DNA from: Candidatus Saccharimonadota bacterium | GTDB taxonomy: Bacteria > Patescibacteriota > Saccharimonadia > CAILAD01 > BJGX01 | Assembly: GCA_014191035.1 (NCBI GenBank) | Contig: BJGX01000002.1 | Location: 18,813 to 82,812 of the forward strand | DNA: 64,000 nt | Direction of reading: 5' to 3' | Part shown: positions 1-8,540 of the stretch, one piece after another | Numbering within the stretch: position 1 is the stretch's first letter | Layout: every line of letters begins with the position of its first letter | Notes under the pieces: generated by a model | Told to the model about the DNA's origin: nothing | What the model saw: only the letters and a program-made list of their open reading frames with translations | Databases searched by the model: none | Position numbers and translations under genes: made by a program

Positions 1-1211
1 CCAGTATAGAGAAAAACGAAATATTAAGTGCATTACTAACTAAAGCGGGTGTTAAACACGAAACTCTAAATGCTAAAAACAATGAACGTGAGGCAGAAAT
101 TATTGCTCTTGCTGGTCAAAAAAAGGCTGTAACATTGGCAACCAACATCGCGGGTCGTGGAACAGATATTGTGCTTGGTGAAGGCGTCAAAGAGCTAGGA
201 GGCCTTCATGTAATTGGTACCGAGAGGCACGAATCAAGACGTATCGATAATCAGCTTAGGGGTCGTGCAGGGCGCCAGGGCGATCCAGGCTCAAGTCAGT
301 TTTTTGTGAGTGTCGAAGATGATTTAATGCGTATTTTTGGTGGTGACAGGATTGGTTCTTTAATGGCCAGCTTGAATATTCCAGACGATGTTCCAATCGA
401 GAATCAAGTTATTTCTCGCTCGCTCGAAAACGCGCAAAAGCGAGTAGAAGGACATAATTTCGATATTCGAAAGCACTTAGTCGAATATGACGATGTAATG
501 AATTCTCAACGAGAAGTAATTTACGCAAAAAGACGCAAGTACCTAGAGGGACTTGAGCTTAGATCAGAGGTTGAGGATATGTTTAAAGAAGAAGTAGCCT
601 CTGTAGTTATGGCCAACACCGATGCCAGAACGGGTGCAGTTAATCTCAAAGAGCTGCAGGAAGCTATAGACACAATTTTGCCACTACCCAAAGACTGGTC
701 CGACAAAATCACAACCAAGGTGCCTGAGCTTATTACTGAAGATATTATGGATAAGGTAAAAGCCGCACTTAATGATCGCGAAAAGACCTTGGGCGATGTC
801 ATGAATGTGGTTTATAAAATGGTATGCTTAAAGACTATCGATAGCGCCTGGTTGGCACACCTAGAAAATATGGACCATCTAAGAGATGGTATCGGACTCA
901 GGGGCTATGGTCAGCGCGACCCCCTTGTGGAGTATAAGGCTGAAGCTTTTGGGATGTTTAATCGACTGCAAGTTTCAATCCGTTCCGAAATCGTTAACAC
1001 CATATTAAAGGTTGATGTGCGCGAGCAACCTCAGGCAATTGAAACCGAGACAGAACTTACCGAAGGGGCCGAAAGGGCAAATACAGCAATGGAGCAATCA
1101 ATCAAGAAGCAGTCCAAGCAAAGTGCCGTAAAAACTCGAAAAGTATCCGCAAAGCCTTCGCTTAAGCCAATACGTAAAAAATCAAAGAAGAAGAAAAAGA
1201 AGCGTAAGTAA
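1..1211 (+). CDS. secA: Preprotein translocase ATPase SecA, C-terminal part. The gene begins upstream of the window.
   Basis: Frame is open from nt 1. SecA helicase-C motifs are present (TLATNIAGRGTDIVLG, HESRRIDNQLRGRAGRQGDPG), followed by a lysine-rich tail. Stop at 1209-1211. Confidence 0.9.
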   Translation, partial: SIEKNEILSALLTKAGVKHETLNAKNNEREAEIIALAGQKKAVTLATNIAGRGTDIVLGEGVKELGGLHVIGTERHESRRIDNQLRGRAGRQGDPGSSQFFVSVEDDLMRIFGGDRIGSLMASLNIPDDVPIENQVISRSLENAQKRVEGHNFDIRKHLVEYDDVMNSQREVIYAKRRKYLEGLELRSEVEDMFKEEVASVVMANTDARTGAVNLKELQEAIDTILPLPKDWSDKITTKVPELITEDIMDKVKAALNDREKTLGDVMNVVYKMVCLKTIDSAWLAHLENMDHLRDGIGLRGYGQRDPLVEYKAEAFGMFNRLQVSIRSEIVNTILKVDVREQPQAIETETELTEGAERANTAMEQSIKKQSKQSAVKTRKVSAKPSLKPIRKKSKKKKKKRK

Positions 1212-1270
1212 TTTTGATACAAAATTCTTTTTGATGTAAAATAAGATTAAACAATTGTACTAGGAGGGTA

Positions 1271-1642
1271 ATGTCGGCATCAATTCCGTTAAAAGTTAAT
1301 GATTTGTCAACTCCAAAGGTTTCAGCTCAGAAAAAAAGAAGAGGAAGACCAAAAAAGGACTCAACAATTAGAAAAATGGACATTTCTCCCAGAAAACATG
1401 TTTCTTTTGACTCAGTTGTAAAAGAACAAGACGAATCCATAGAAAAAAGCTTGGTTGATAAGCCAGAAGTAGAGGTTAATTCCTCAGAGCGATATCATAG
1501 TCTCCCAGTTCATGCAGACAACCTAGGCATTATCAAACAAACCGAGCCAGAGGCGCAAAAAAAGCGTGAACTGCAAGCTGATGACAAAATTGTTATTAAC
1601 TTAAGAAATACCGATAATGCAAAGTTGGTACTAACAATCTAG
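1271..1642 (+). CDS. Small basic hypothetical protein with an AT-hook motif (KKRRGRPKK).
   Basis: GGAGGG SD 6 nt upstream of the ATG. RGRP AT-hook core. No recognisable enzymatic motifs. Confidence 0.5.
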   Translation: MSASIPLKVNDLSTPKVSAQKKRRGRPKKDSTIRKMDISPRKHVSFDSVVKEQDESIEKSLVDKPEVEVNSSERYHSLPVHADNLGIIKQTEPEAQKKRELQADDKIVINLRNTDNAKLVLTI

Positions 1643-1664
1643 CTAAGCATAAGTAAAAACACTT

Positions 1665-1699
1665 GACAAAATGCTTATAATGTAGTAATATCACATCTG
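1665..1699 (+). promoter_or_regulatory. Sigma70-like promoter: TTGACA, 17 nt spacer, TAATAT.
   Basis: Near-consensus -35/-10 hexamers about 45 nt upstream of the GTG start at 1743. That start is preceded by AGGAG. Confidence 0.4.
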
Positions 1700-1742
1700 A
1701 TTCTCGCACCTTGCGGGGAAGTAGTTTTGAGAAGGAGAAGCC

Positions 1743-2135
1743 GTGCGTAGAGCTTTGAGAGAGGTGTGGTTTAAAGTGCGATTCAAGCTTTTTGGTAATT
1801 CCGAAGCTGAATGGTGGTACAAAGTAAACCAGAACAGAAAGAATGCAGATTTTTCAAACCCAAGATCTGATCTTCGACCCAGCATGGGCAAACTCGCACC
1901 AACTCAAGAGCCCGACAGCTTTATCGATATCGATGAAGAGTCTGCAGAAAGAGTCTTCTTCGAAGAAGTAGATGAGCTAATTAATTCGGGAATCAGCGAA
2001 AATGATCTAGATGAAAAGCTTCTAGATCTGGCAGAAGAACTTTCGCTGGCACTCGAGGCCAAGAAATTGGCTGATTCAGAGACTAACGAAAGCCTTGGTT
2101 CATATTTTGAAGCAATGCATAAGTTTGGATACTGA
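1743..2135 (+). CDS. Hypothetical protein with an acidic C-terminus. GTG start.
   Basis: The ORF has an AGGAGA SD 6 nt upstream of the GTG, a promoter-like element upstream and a rho-independent terminator downstream. Confidence 0.45.
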   Translation: MRRALREVWFKVRFKLFGNSEAEWWYKVNQNRKNADFSNPRSDLRPSMGKLAPTQEPDSFIDIDEESAERVFFEEVDELINSGISENDLDEKLLDLAEELSLALEAKKLADSETNESLGSYFEAMHKFGY

Positions 2136-2156
2136 ACATAAATAAATTAGGGCTAA

Positions 2157-2187
2157 CTTCGCTGTAAATGCAGCGAAGATAGTTTTT
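2157..2187 (+). terminator. Rho-independent terminator: CTTCGCTG-taaatg-CAGCGAAG hairpin followed by a T-run.
   Basis: 8-bp perfect stem followed by AGTTTTT. Confidence 0.5.
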
Positions 2188-2267
2188 AACCAGGATGTAT
2201 TAATCTGGCGACGCCCGTCGTCAGTCAGTGCACCCTCACATCAACCGGGAGGTTGAAATGCCAAACA

Positions 2268-2935
2268 ATAATGACAATCTTAGTGGCTTTATCTCAACAC
2301 AGCAGAAGGTCAACACAGACCTGTTTGCTGCACGAGACGAGGCACGAGCTCGTATCAAGCAGATCACTTACCAGATCGATGAGCTGAAGCGTGTCGGCCG
2401 GGGTACGTCCCTTGCCAACAAGCGTGCAGCTCAGCTGGAGCGCAAGCTTCAGAAGATCGAGAGTGACTTCTCGGAGTACGGTGCAAGCAAGGCCGTGCTC
2501 AGCGAGCTTGCGAGGCTAGATACCTCGACCAAGAACCTCTATCTGGAGGTGGCTGGTCATGGTGATCGAATTCGTGCGTTGGAGCAGTCCGACGCTATGA
2601 AGATCGATTTCCAGAATTCCGGTGTTGAGGTCGCTCACACGACCGATGCAAAGTTCGACACCCCCTGGGTAGAGGCTTTCATCGTTGGTGCAGTGGCTTT
2701 CCTCCTGACCGCATTCGCGCTGAATGCGTGGATCGCTCAGGACTGGAACTTCAACAAGGACTTCTGGGCTAGCATCATCGTTGGCGCTGCGGCGTTCTTC
2801 GTGATGGCAAGCTTCGAGAAGCTTCGACTCGGTCTGCAAATTCAGGCCCGCCACGTGTGGGTCATGAAGGAGCAGCCCGCTGAGAACCAGCAGCCCTCTA
2901 CGGCTACTACTCAGCAGGATCGGGTCGACGCCTAA
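2268..2935 (+). CDS. GC-rich hypothetical membrane protein: N-terminal coiled-coil plus two C-terminal TM helices, with a Q-rich tail.
   Basis: GGGAGG SD 6 nt upstream of the ATG at 2268 (the ORF track starts at 2228). About 57% GC versus about 37% genome background. Hydrophobic segments AFIVGAVAFLLTAFALNAWI and IIVGAAAFFVMASF. Confidence 0.55.
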
Positions 2936-3105
2936 GTCGTTTAAAAGGGGCATGTCAACCTCATAAAAAACTGACCGTAATTCTCAGGGGAAGTTCCTGG
3001 GGGCTGTTGATCGATAAGCCGTCACTATCGATTGGGTACACATGTGCTAGCCCGCAATCGCGAAATAGCACACCTTATCCCAACCTGGGAGAGGAGGTGA
3101 GCTGA

Positions 3106-4086
3106 ATGGCTCACGTCAACGGAAAGCGCTTGGCAGGGGGTCTCTGTACCCTACTGCTTTTGTTCCTGCTCGTGGGTGGCATCAAGCAGGTGGTTTCCGA
3201 GCCACCGGCCGATGCAAATCCGCTTCCTCCCAAGGTTGCGGATTGCCCTGGGCCCGTTCACTACTTCCGGCATGACCTGCCGGTTGAGGTGAACCATTTC
3301 GGTCCAGCAGTTGGCGATGGCAACATCGACCTCGTTTTGGAGCAGCTCCACTACCGGCGCTGTGTGGATCCGGCACTGACGGTGGCTCACCGTCAGTACC
3401 AGGCCCGGAACTACACCAGCCCGGAAGAGAGGCTCTTTCAGACGGAAGGCTTGCAGGACAATCCCGAAGCGTGGGCACTGAATGTGCTTGCTCTGGAGGA
3501 GCGTGAAGCAACCGCCGTCAAGGTCGAAATTGTCGAAATGACGGAGTCTTACCAGACTCTTTACATGGTCGACACGCCTGTGCCGACCATCTATCAGGAT
3601 GTTGTTGACAGGCCGCAGTACAAGGTGATTCGCTTCACCTATGCTGACGGCTCAGTTGACAACCTCAAGCTCGACTGTGGCTTTCAGCCTGTCGAGCCTG
3701 TGTTTCCTGGTATTCCTGGACCCCCGGTGCCTGGTGGAAGCGTGACGCCTTCGGGCGACACACCAACACCAACGCCTGGCCCTGGTCCTCGGCCCAACCC
3801 GCCGACCACCTGTGACCCTCGGGTCTGCAAGGGGCCGGCACCGGCCACCCCACCGCCCTGTATCGACAACGCAGGAGTGCGTTGTACGGTGCAGCCAGGG
3901 GCTGGTGGTGAACCCGGTAAGGGGGGAGCCATTAACAGGGGCAGCGACGGGTACTCTCCGGAGGATCCGCCGCCCCCGACCTGGGTGGCACCGGCGCCAA
4001 CGCCGACGTCTGTGGTCACCGTGCCACCGACGACGGCATCGCCACCACCAAGCCAGAACCTTAACCCGGGAATGATTCCGGGCTAA
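3106..4086 (+). CDS. GC-rich secreted protein with signal peptide, conserved cysteines and a Pro/Thr-rich C-terminal half.
   Basis: GAGGAGG SD upstream of the ATG. N-terminal hydrophobic signal (LCTLLLLFLLVGG). Long PTPTPGPGPRPNPP...PPPPTWVAPAPTPT low-complexity region. High GC. Confidence 0.55.
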   Translation: MAHVNGKRLAGGLCTLLLLFLLVGGIKQVVSEPPADANPLPPKVADCPGPVHYFRHDLPVEVNHFGPAVGDGNIDLVLEQLHYRRCVDPALTVAHRQYQARNYTSPEERLFQTEGLQDNPEAWALNVLALEEREATAVKVEIVEMTESYQTLYMVDTPVPTIYQDVVDRPQYKVIRFTYADGSVDNLKLDCGFQPVEPVFPGIPGPPVPGGSVTPSGDTPTPTPGPGPRPNPPTTCDPRVCKGPAPATPPPCIDNAGVRCTVQPGAGGEPGKGGAINRGSDGYSPEDPPPPTWVAPAPTPTSVVTVPPTTASPPPSQNLNPGMIPG

Positions 4087-4223
4087 GGTGAGGCTATTAC
4101 CTCGCTTGGCCTGGGGGAGTAAAATCCCCCGGGCACAAGCCCAAACTTCAAACTTGAACCTAGTAAGTAATTGCTTATTGAGTTCAGGGTTGCAGCCCTG
4201 CTAAAAGCTAATGCTTAAAAGTA

Positions 4224-4252
4224 TTGACAAATATAACCAAAAGTGGTATTAT
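4224..4252 (+). promoter_or_regulatory. Sigma70-like promoter: TTGACA, 17 nt spacer, TATTAT.
   Basis: Consensus-like hexamers about 95 nt upstream of the LPXTG gene start. Confidence 0.4.
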
Positions 4253-4345
4253 TCATTACCGTAATTAGCGTTTGATCTTTGAAAGCCAAATAGCCATCGT
4301 TTTTAAGAAACATCCTTATTAATTAACTGTTTCAAAGGAGAATCT

Positions 4346-5698
4346 ATGAAACTTAAATCTTTTGCCAAATTGGGTGTATTTGTCGCTGCTCTAGCTGCTG
4401 TGATAATTATTCCAATAACTGCGATTGCCGGATACGAACCAGCTAATAGGCCTACTAAGACCTATACTGGCCCAGAATCTGAAGCATTCCAATACCCAGT
4501 ATTTAACTCTTGGGTAAACACACCATATTATGGTGACGAACGTGCGTTTTTTGACGCCGCAACACAAACAAACGGACAGTATCAAGACAAGCTTGCTGTA
4601 ACTCCTGGACAAGAAGTAACCCTTAGAATGTATATTCATAACGGTGCTGCTCCAGGCCTAAATGGCACAAACTTTGATGGTCCAGGCGTTGCTAGAAATA
4701 CTCGTTTACAGGTATTCTTACCAACTGCCACTTCAACTCAACTTAGAAGTTTTGGTTATATCGTTGCCGATAACACCAATCCTGGTTGGGTAGCTGACTC
4801 AATTGACTTTAACTCTTCTGTGCCAGTAAGCATGGAATTTGTTAAAGGATCAGCTCGTTTGGCTAACCGTGCAAACCCTAACGGTGTTGCACTTCCAGAC
4901 ACAATTGTAAATAACGACACACAATTCAATGTTAATCGTCCTGGTGCCCCTGTGGGTTACCAAAACATGGACGGTAACTTCCCTGGATGTTTCGAGTATG
5001 ATGCATTTGTAACCTTGAAAGTTAAAATCAATGGACCTGCTTTGAGCGTACAGAAAAAGGTAACCACTCCTGGTTCTACAAACTGGCAGGAAAACCTTGA
5101 TGTTAACATGAACGATTCTAATTCAACTCCAACTACTAGTTGGTTGATCGAATACAAGAACACCGGTACTGCTACTGCTACTAATGCTGTAATTAGAGAC
5201 AGTTTGCCAGCAAATCTTAAGCTAGTTCCTGGATCGGTAACATTCTTTGACGGTAACAACCCTAATGGTAGTCCGGTTGCTGACGATGGATTGTTCAAGG
5301 GTGGAGTAGGTTTAGGTAATGTATTGCCAGGTTCAAACGGATTTTTCCGCTTTAGAACTACTGTTGCAACACCATTTACACCTCAAGAATGTGGCGTGAA
5401 GCCTTTGGTAAACACTGCCGAAGCTGAAGCCACTGGAGTAGCTAAGGTTAATGACACCGCTAGCGTAACTACTAAAAAGGACGCTAACTGTGCCACTCCT
5501 CCAGCTCCTCCAACTCCTCCAGCCCCAACTCCATCTGTTGTTCCTTCTACCCCTGTGAGCGCTACTTTGCCTCAAACAGGTGTTGAAGCTGGACTATTAG
5601 GAGTAATTGGTTCAAGTGCGATGGCTATTGGTGCAATTAAGTACCGACAGAGTAAAAAGGCTGTAGCCGAAACTCTTAAGAAAAAGTCAAACCGCTAA
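4346..5698 (+). CDS. Cell-wall-anchored surface protein with LPXTG sortase signal (LPQTG, hydrophobic span, KKK tail).
   Basis: N-terminal signal peptide. C-terminal PAPPTPPAPTP linker, then LPQTG, then GVEAGLLGVIGSSAMAIGAI and a basic tail. GGAG SD. Confidence 0.8.
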   Translation: MKLKSFAKLGVFVAALAAVIIIPITAIAGYEPANRPTKTYTGPESEAFQYPVFNSWVNTPYYGDERAFFDAATQTNGQYQDKLAVTPGQEVTLRMYIHNGAAPGLNGTNFDGPGVARNTRLQVFLPTATSTQLRSFGYIVADNTNPGWVADSIDFNSSVPVSMEFVKGSARLANRANPNGVALPDTIVNNDTQFNVNRPGAPVGYQNMDGNFPGCFEYDAFVTLKVKINGPALSVQKKVTTPGSTNWQENLDVNMNDSNSTPTTSWLIEYKNTGTATATNAVIRDSLPANLKLVPGSVTFFDGNNPNGSPVADDGLFKGGVGLGNVLPGSNGFFRFRTTVATPFTPQECGVKPLVNTAEAEATGVAKVNDTASVTTKKDANCATPPAPPTPPAPTPSVVPSTPVSATLPQTGVEAGLLGVIGSSAMAIGAIKYRQSKKAVAETLKKKSNR

Positions 5699-5719
5699 TA
5701 TAAATAAAATTAAGAATTA

Positions 5720-5745
5720 GACCCCATACGGGGTCTTTTTCTTTT
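5720..5745 (+). terminator. Rho-independent terminator: GACCCCATACGGGGTC followed by a T-run.
   Basis: Perfect 6-bp GC stem followed by TTTTTCTTTT. Confidence 0.7.
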
Positions 5746-5774
5746 ATAGGAAAATAAGTTATATAATAGACATT

Positions 5775-6851
5775 ATGAAAAACAATATCGAAAAGCTAAC
5801 CACCTGCCTAAATGAGGTAGAGGATGCGATAAAAAAGCTAAATATAGAAGCAGACGCAACAAAGCTAGCTGAGCTAGAGGAGGAAATGGCAAGTCCAGAT
5901 TTGTGGAATAATCAAGAAAGAGCAGAGCAAGTCACCAAAGAAGCTTCATCTCTTAAATCTTATATAGATGCATGGAATAGCTTAAAAGAAGACCTTTCGA
6001 CCACACTGGAGCTTATTGAATTAGAGCCTGATAATAATGATTATGAAAACACAATAGAGGAGCTAATTAATCGTACAAGTACGATGTTGGTAGCAGTTAA
6101 GCTAAATGGTGAGTACGATAAATCCCCAGCAATATTGCAGTTATCGGCTGGTGTTGGAGGTACAGATGCAGCTGATTGGACAGAAATGCTAATGCGTATG
6201 TATTTACGTTATGCCGAAAAAGCCGATTTGTCAGCAGAGATTTTAGAGGAAAGTCCTTCCGAAGAAGCTGGTATAAAAAGTGCTACATTAAGAATCAGCG
6301 GGCCGTTTGCGTATGGAAAGCTGAAATCTGAAAAGGGAGTCCATCGTTTGGTTCGCCTAAGCCCATTCAATTCTGATAATTTACGCCAGACTTCTTTTGC
6401 ACTGGTAGACGTAATTCCAGAAATTGAACAAGCAAAGTTTGATATCGATGAAAAAGATTTAAAGATTGATACCTATCGAAGTAGCGGTAAAGGTGGGCAA
6501 AGCGTAAATACAACCGATAGTGCAGTTAGAATAACCCATTTGCCAACCGGAACTGTGGTTTCCATTCAAAGCGAGCGGAGCCAGCTTAAAAATAAACAGA
6601 GAGCCATGAACATTTTAGTTAGTAGACTGGCTGAATTAGCCAGAGAACAGCACCAGGGCGATGTCAGCAAGCTTAAGGCTACCAAGTCGGCTGATTGGGG
6701 TAGCCAGATAAGATCATATGTACTTCATCCATATCAAAAAGTAAAAGATAACCGTAGTGGCTTTGAGACAAGTGATACGCAGGGTGTACTTGATGGTAAC
6801 CTAGAGCCAATCATAGAAGCCTATTTAAGCTCACAAGTCGGTAAGGATTAG
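5775..6851 (+). CDS. prfB: Peptide chain release factor 2.
   Basis: SPF tripeptide (RLSPFNS) and GGQ motif (GKGGQSVNTTDSAVRITHLPTG). Single uninterrupted frame with no programmed +1 frameshift site. Confidence 0.9.
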   Translation: MKNNIEKLTTCLNEVEDAIKKLNIEADATKLAELEEEMASPDLWNNQERAEQVTKEASSLKSYIDAWNSLKEDLSTTLELIELEPDNNDYENTIEELINRTSTMLVAVKLNGEYDKSPAILQLSAGVGGTDAADWTEMLMRMYLRYAEKADLSAEILEESPSEEAGIKSATLRISGPFAYGKLKSEKGVHRLVRLSPFNSDNLRQTSFALVDVIPEIEQAKFDIDEKDLKIDTYRSSGKGGQSVNTTDSAVRITHLPTGTVVSIQSERSQLKNKQRAMNILVSRLAELAREQHQGDVSKLKATKSADWGSQIRSYVLHPYQKVKDNRSGFETSDTQGVLDGNLEPIIEAYLSSQVGKD

Positions 6852-6890
6852 CTTTATATTTTTCATAAATTTTGTTAAGATAGTTATTAT

Positions 6891-7571
6891 ATGATTTTAC
6901 TCGACCGAGTTACCGTTATTTACCCAAACAAGACGGTGGCGCTTTCAGGCGCCTCACTGCACATTCAACCAAAGGAGTTCGTAACTGTGGTTGGAGCCTC
7001 GGGTGCTGGTAAAAGTACTCTAATCCGATTACTTATCAAGGAAGAAGTTCCAACTTCCGGTAAAATAATTGTAGGCAGTATCGACTACGACACAATTGAT
7101 AAGTCTAATATTCCTCATTTGCGCCGTAAAATTGGTGTAGTATTTCAAGATTTTAAATTACTACCAAACCTCACTGTATACGAAAATGTAGCCTTTGCAT
7201 TAGAAGTTTCGGGAGTTAAAAACACCGAAATCAAAAGAGCTGTTCCCAAAATTTTACAACTGGTTGGCTTAAGCGAAAAAGCCCACCATTATCCGGGTGA
7301 AATTTCAGGAGGTGAGCGTCAAAGAACTGCTATTGCTAGGGCTCTGGTAAGAAATCCTAAAATACTCATCGCTGATGAGCCCACAGGTAATCTAGACCCA
7401 AAGAATTCTTGGGATATTATTGAATTGCTATTAAAGATCAACCGTTTTGGCACTACAGTTGTACTTACCACGCACAATAAAGAAATTGTCGATGCCTTAA
7501 AGAAGCGCGTTATTACAATTAACCGTGGGCGCGTAGTTAAAGACGAAAAAGTAGGAAAATATAGTCTATGA
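6891..7571 (+). CDS. ftsE: Cell-division ABC ATPase FtsE.
   Basis: Walker A (GASGAGKST), ABC signature (LSGGERQR) and Walker B (ILIADEPTGNLD). Overlaps ftsX by 4 nt. Confidence 0.9.
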   Translation: MILLDRVTVIYPNKTVALSGASLHIQPKEFVTVVGASGAGKSTLIRLLIKEEVPTSGKIIVGSIDYDTIDKSNIPHLRRKIGVVFQDFKLLPNLTVYENVAFALEVSGVKNTEIKRAVPKILQLVGLSEKAHHYPGEISGGERQRTAIARALVRNPKILIADEPTGNLDPKNSWDIIELLLKINRFGTTVVLTTHNKEIVDALKKRVITINRGRVVKDEKVGKYSL

Positions 7572-8482
7572 TTACGCTTTGGAGGGTATTTAAAAGTGGT
7601 TTTCGCAATACTTTCAGAAATGCTTGGTTAAGTACTGCCGCAACCGCAATAATGGCAGTAACTCTGTTAATTATGACCTTTTTTGCTTTTTCGATATTTT
7701 TTGTGAGATCTCAGCTTAATGAAGTTCAGCAAAAAATTGATTTAACTGTTTTTATTTCTGACGACGCTAAAGACGAGCAAATAAAAGCGCTGCAAAATAA
7801 AGTTTTGCAGTCGGGTGGAGTTGAATCTGTTGAATTTGTTTCAAAAGCAGACGCATTAAAGCGTTTAGAAAACAGTAGCGAAGAAGGAAAAAAATTGGCC
7901 AAATCAGCCACAGAAATTGGCAATCCATTGCCAGCATCTTTGGAAGTAAAGCTCGAAAAATTAGATGATATCGGAGGTATCAACAAGCAAATCCGCGAAC
8001 TGCCAGAGGCCGTTATAATAACCGAAACTAGCTACGATAGCCGCGACGACAATCGTAAGGGTGTAATTGAGAACGTAATTAAAATAAGTAATGGAGTAAC
8101 TAGGGTTGGTGCAATTCTGAGCATAGTCTTTTTAGTAATCGCGCTTTTAATTATTTTTAATACAATCAGAATGGCTATCTTTACTCGTCGAGAAGAGATT
8201 GAAATTATGAAGCTAGTAGGAGCAACTAAGTGGTTTATTCGCGGCCCATTTATAGTTGAAGGGTCAATGTATGGTGTTTTTGGTGCAACCATTGCAACAA
8301 TTGCCTTAATTCCTATCGGAAGAGTTGCTGGCCAGTTCTTAATAGACAAGTTTAACGCTGGCCAAGCGATGGCTTATTTTGGTACAAATTTCTGGCTAGT
8401 AGTACTCTGCATATACGCGCTAGGAATATTCATAGGTGCGGTTTCAAGTTGGCTTGCTATATCAAGACATTTAAAGCTCTGA
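7568..8482 (+). CDS. ftsX: Cell-division permease-like protein FtsX.
   Basis: 4-TM topology with a large extracytoplasmic loop between TM1 and TM2. Directly follows ftsE. Confidence 0.9.
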   Translation: MITLWRVFKSGFRNTFRNAWLSTAATAIMAVTLLIMTFFAFSIFFVRSQLNEVQQKIDLTVFISDDAKDEQIKALQNKVLQSGGVESVEFVSKADALKRLENSSEEGKKLAKSATEIGNPLPASLEVKLEKLDDIGGINKQIRELPEAVIITETSYDSRDDNRKGVIENVIKISNGVTRVGAILSIVFLVIALLIIFNTIRMAIFTRREEIEIMKLVGATKWFIRGPFIVEGSMYGVFGATIATIALIPIGRVAGQFLIDKFNAGQAMAYFGTNFWLVVLCIYALGIFIGAVSSWLAISRHLKL

Positions 8483-8540
8483 AAACCTCGCATTTGAAAT
8501 TAAATTATGTTATAATAGTTATGTTACGGAGGGTAATCGA

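Noticed and set aside
521-802. Antisense ORFs inside well-supported genes (521..802-, 1031..1222-, 31238..31444+, 55063..55539+, and all minus-strand ORFs between 59320 and 63292).
   Set aside because: They lie entirely within, and opposite to, long conserved coding frames (secA, nrdA, MFS, RM enzyme). They have low-complexity or biased composition typical of antisense frames and no SD.
5480-5560. Short direct repeats (CCAGCTCCTCCAACTCCTCCAGCCCCAACTCCA) as a repeat element.
   Set aside because: They encode the PAPPTPPAPTP linker immediately before the LPQTG motif. This is a coding low-complexity region, not a mobile or CRISPR repeat.
5775-6851. Programmed +1 frameshift in prfB.
   Set aside because: The frame is continuous from ATG to stop with SPF and GGQ in one frame. 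There is no internal TGA.
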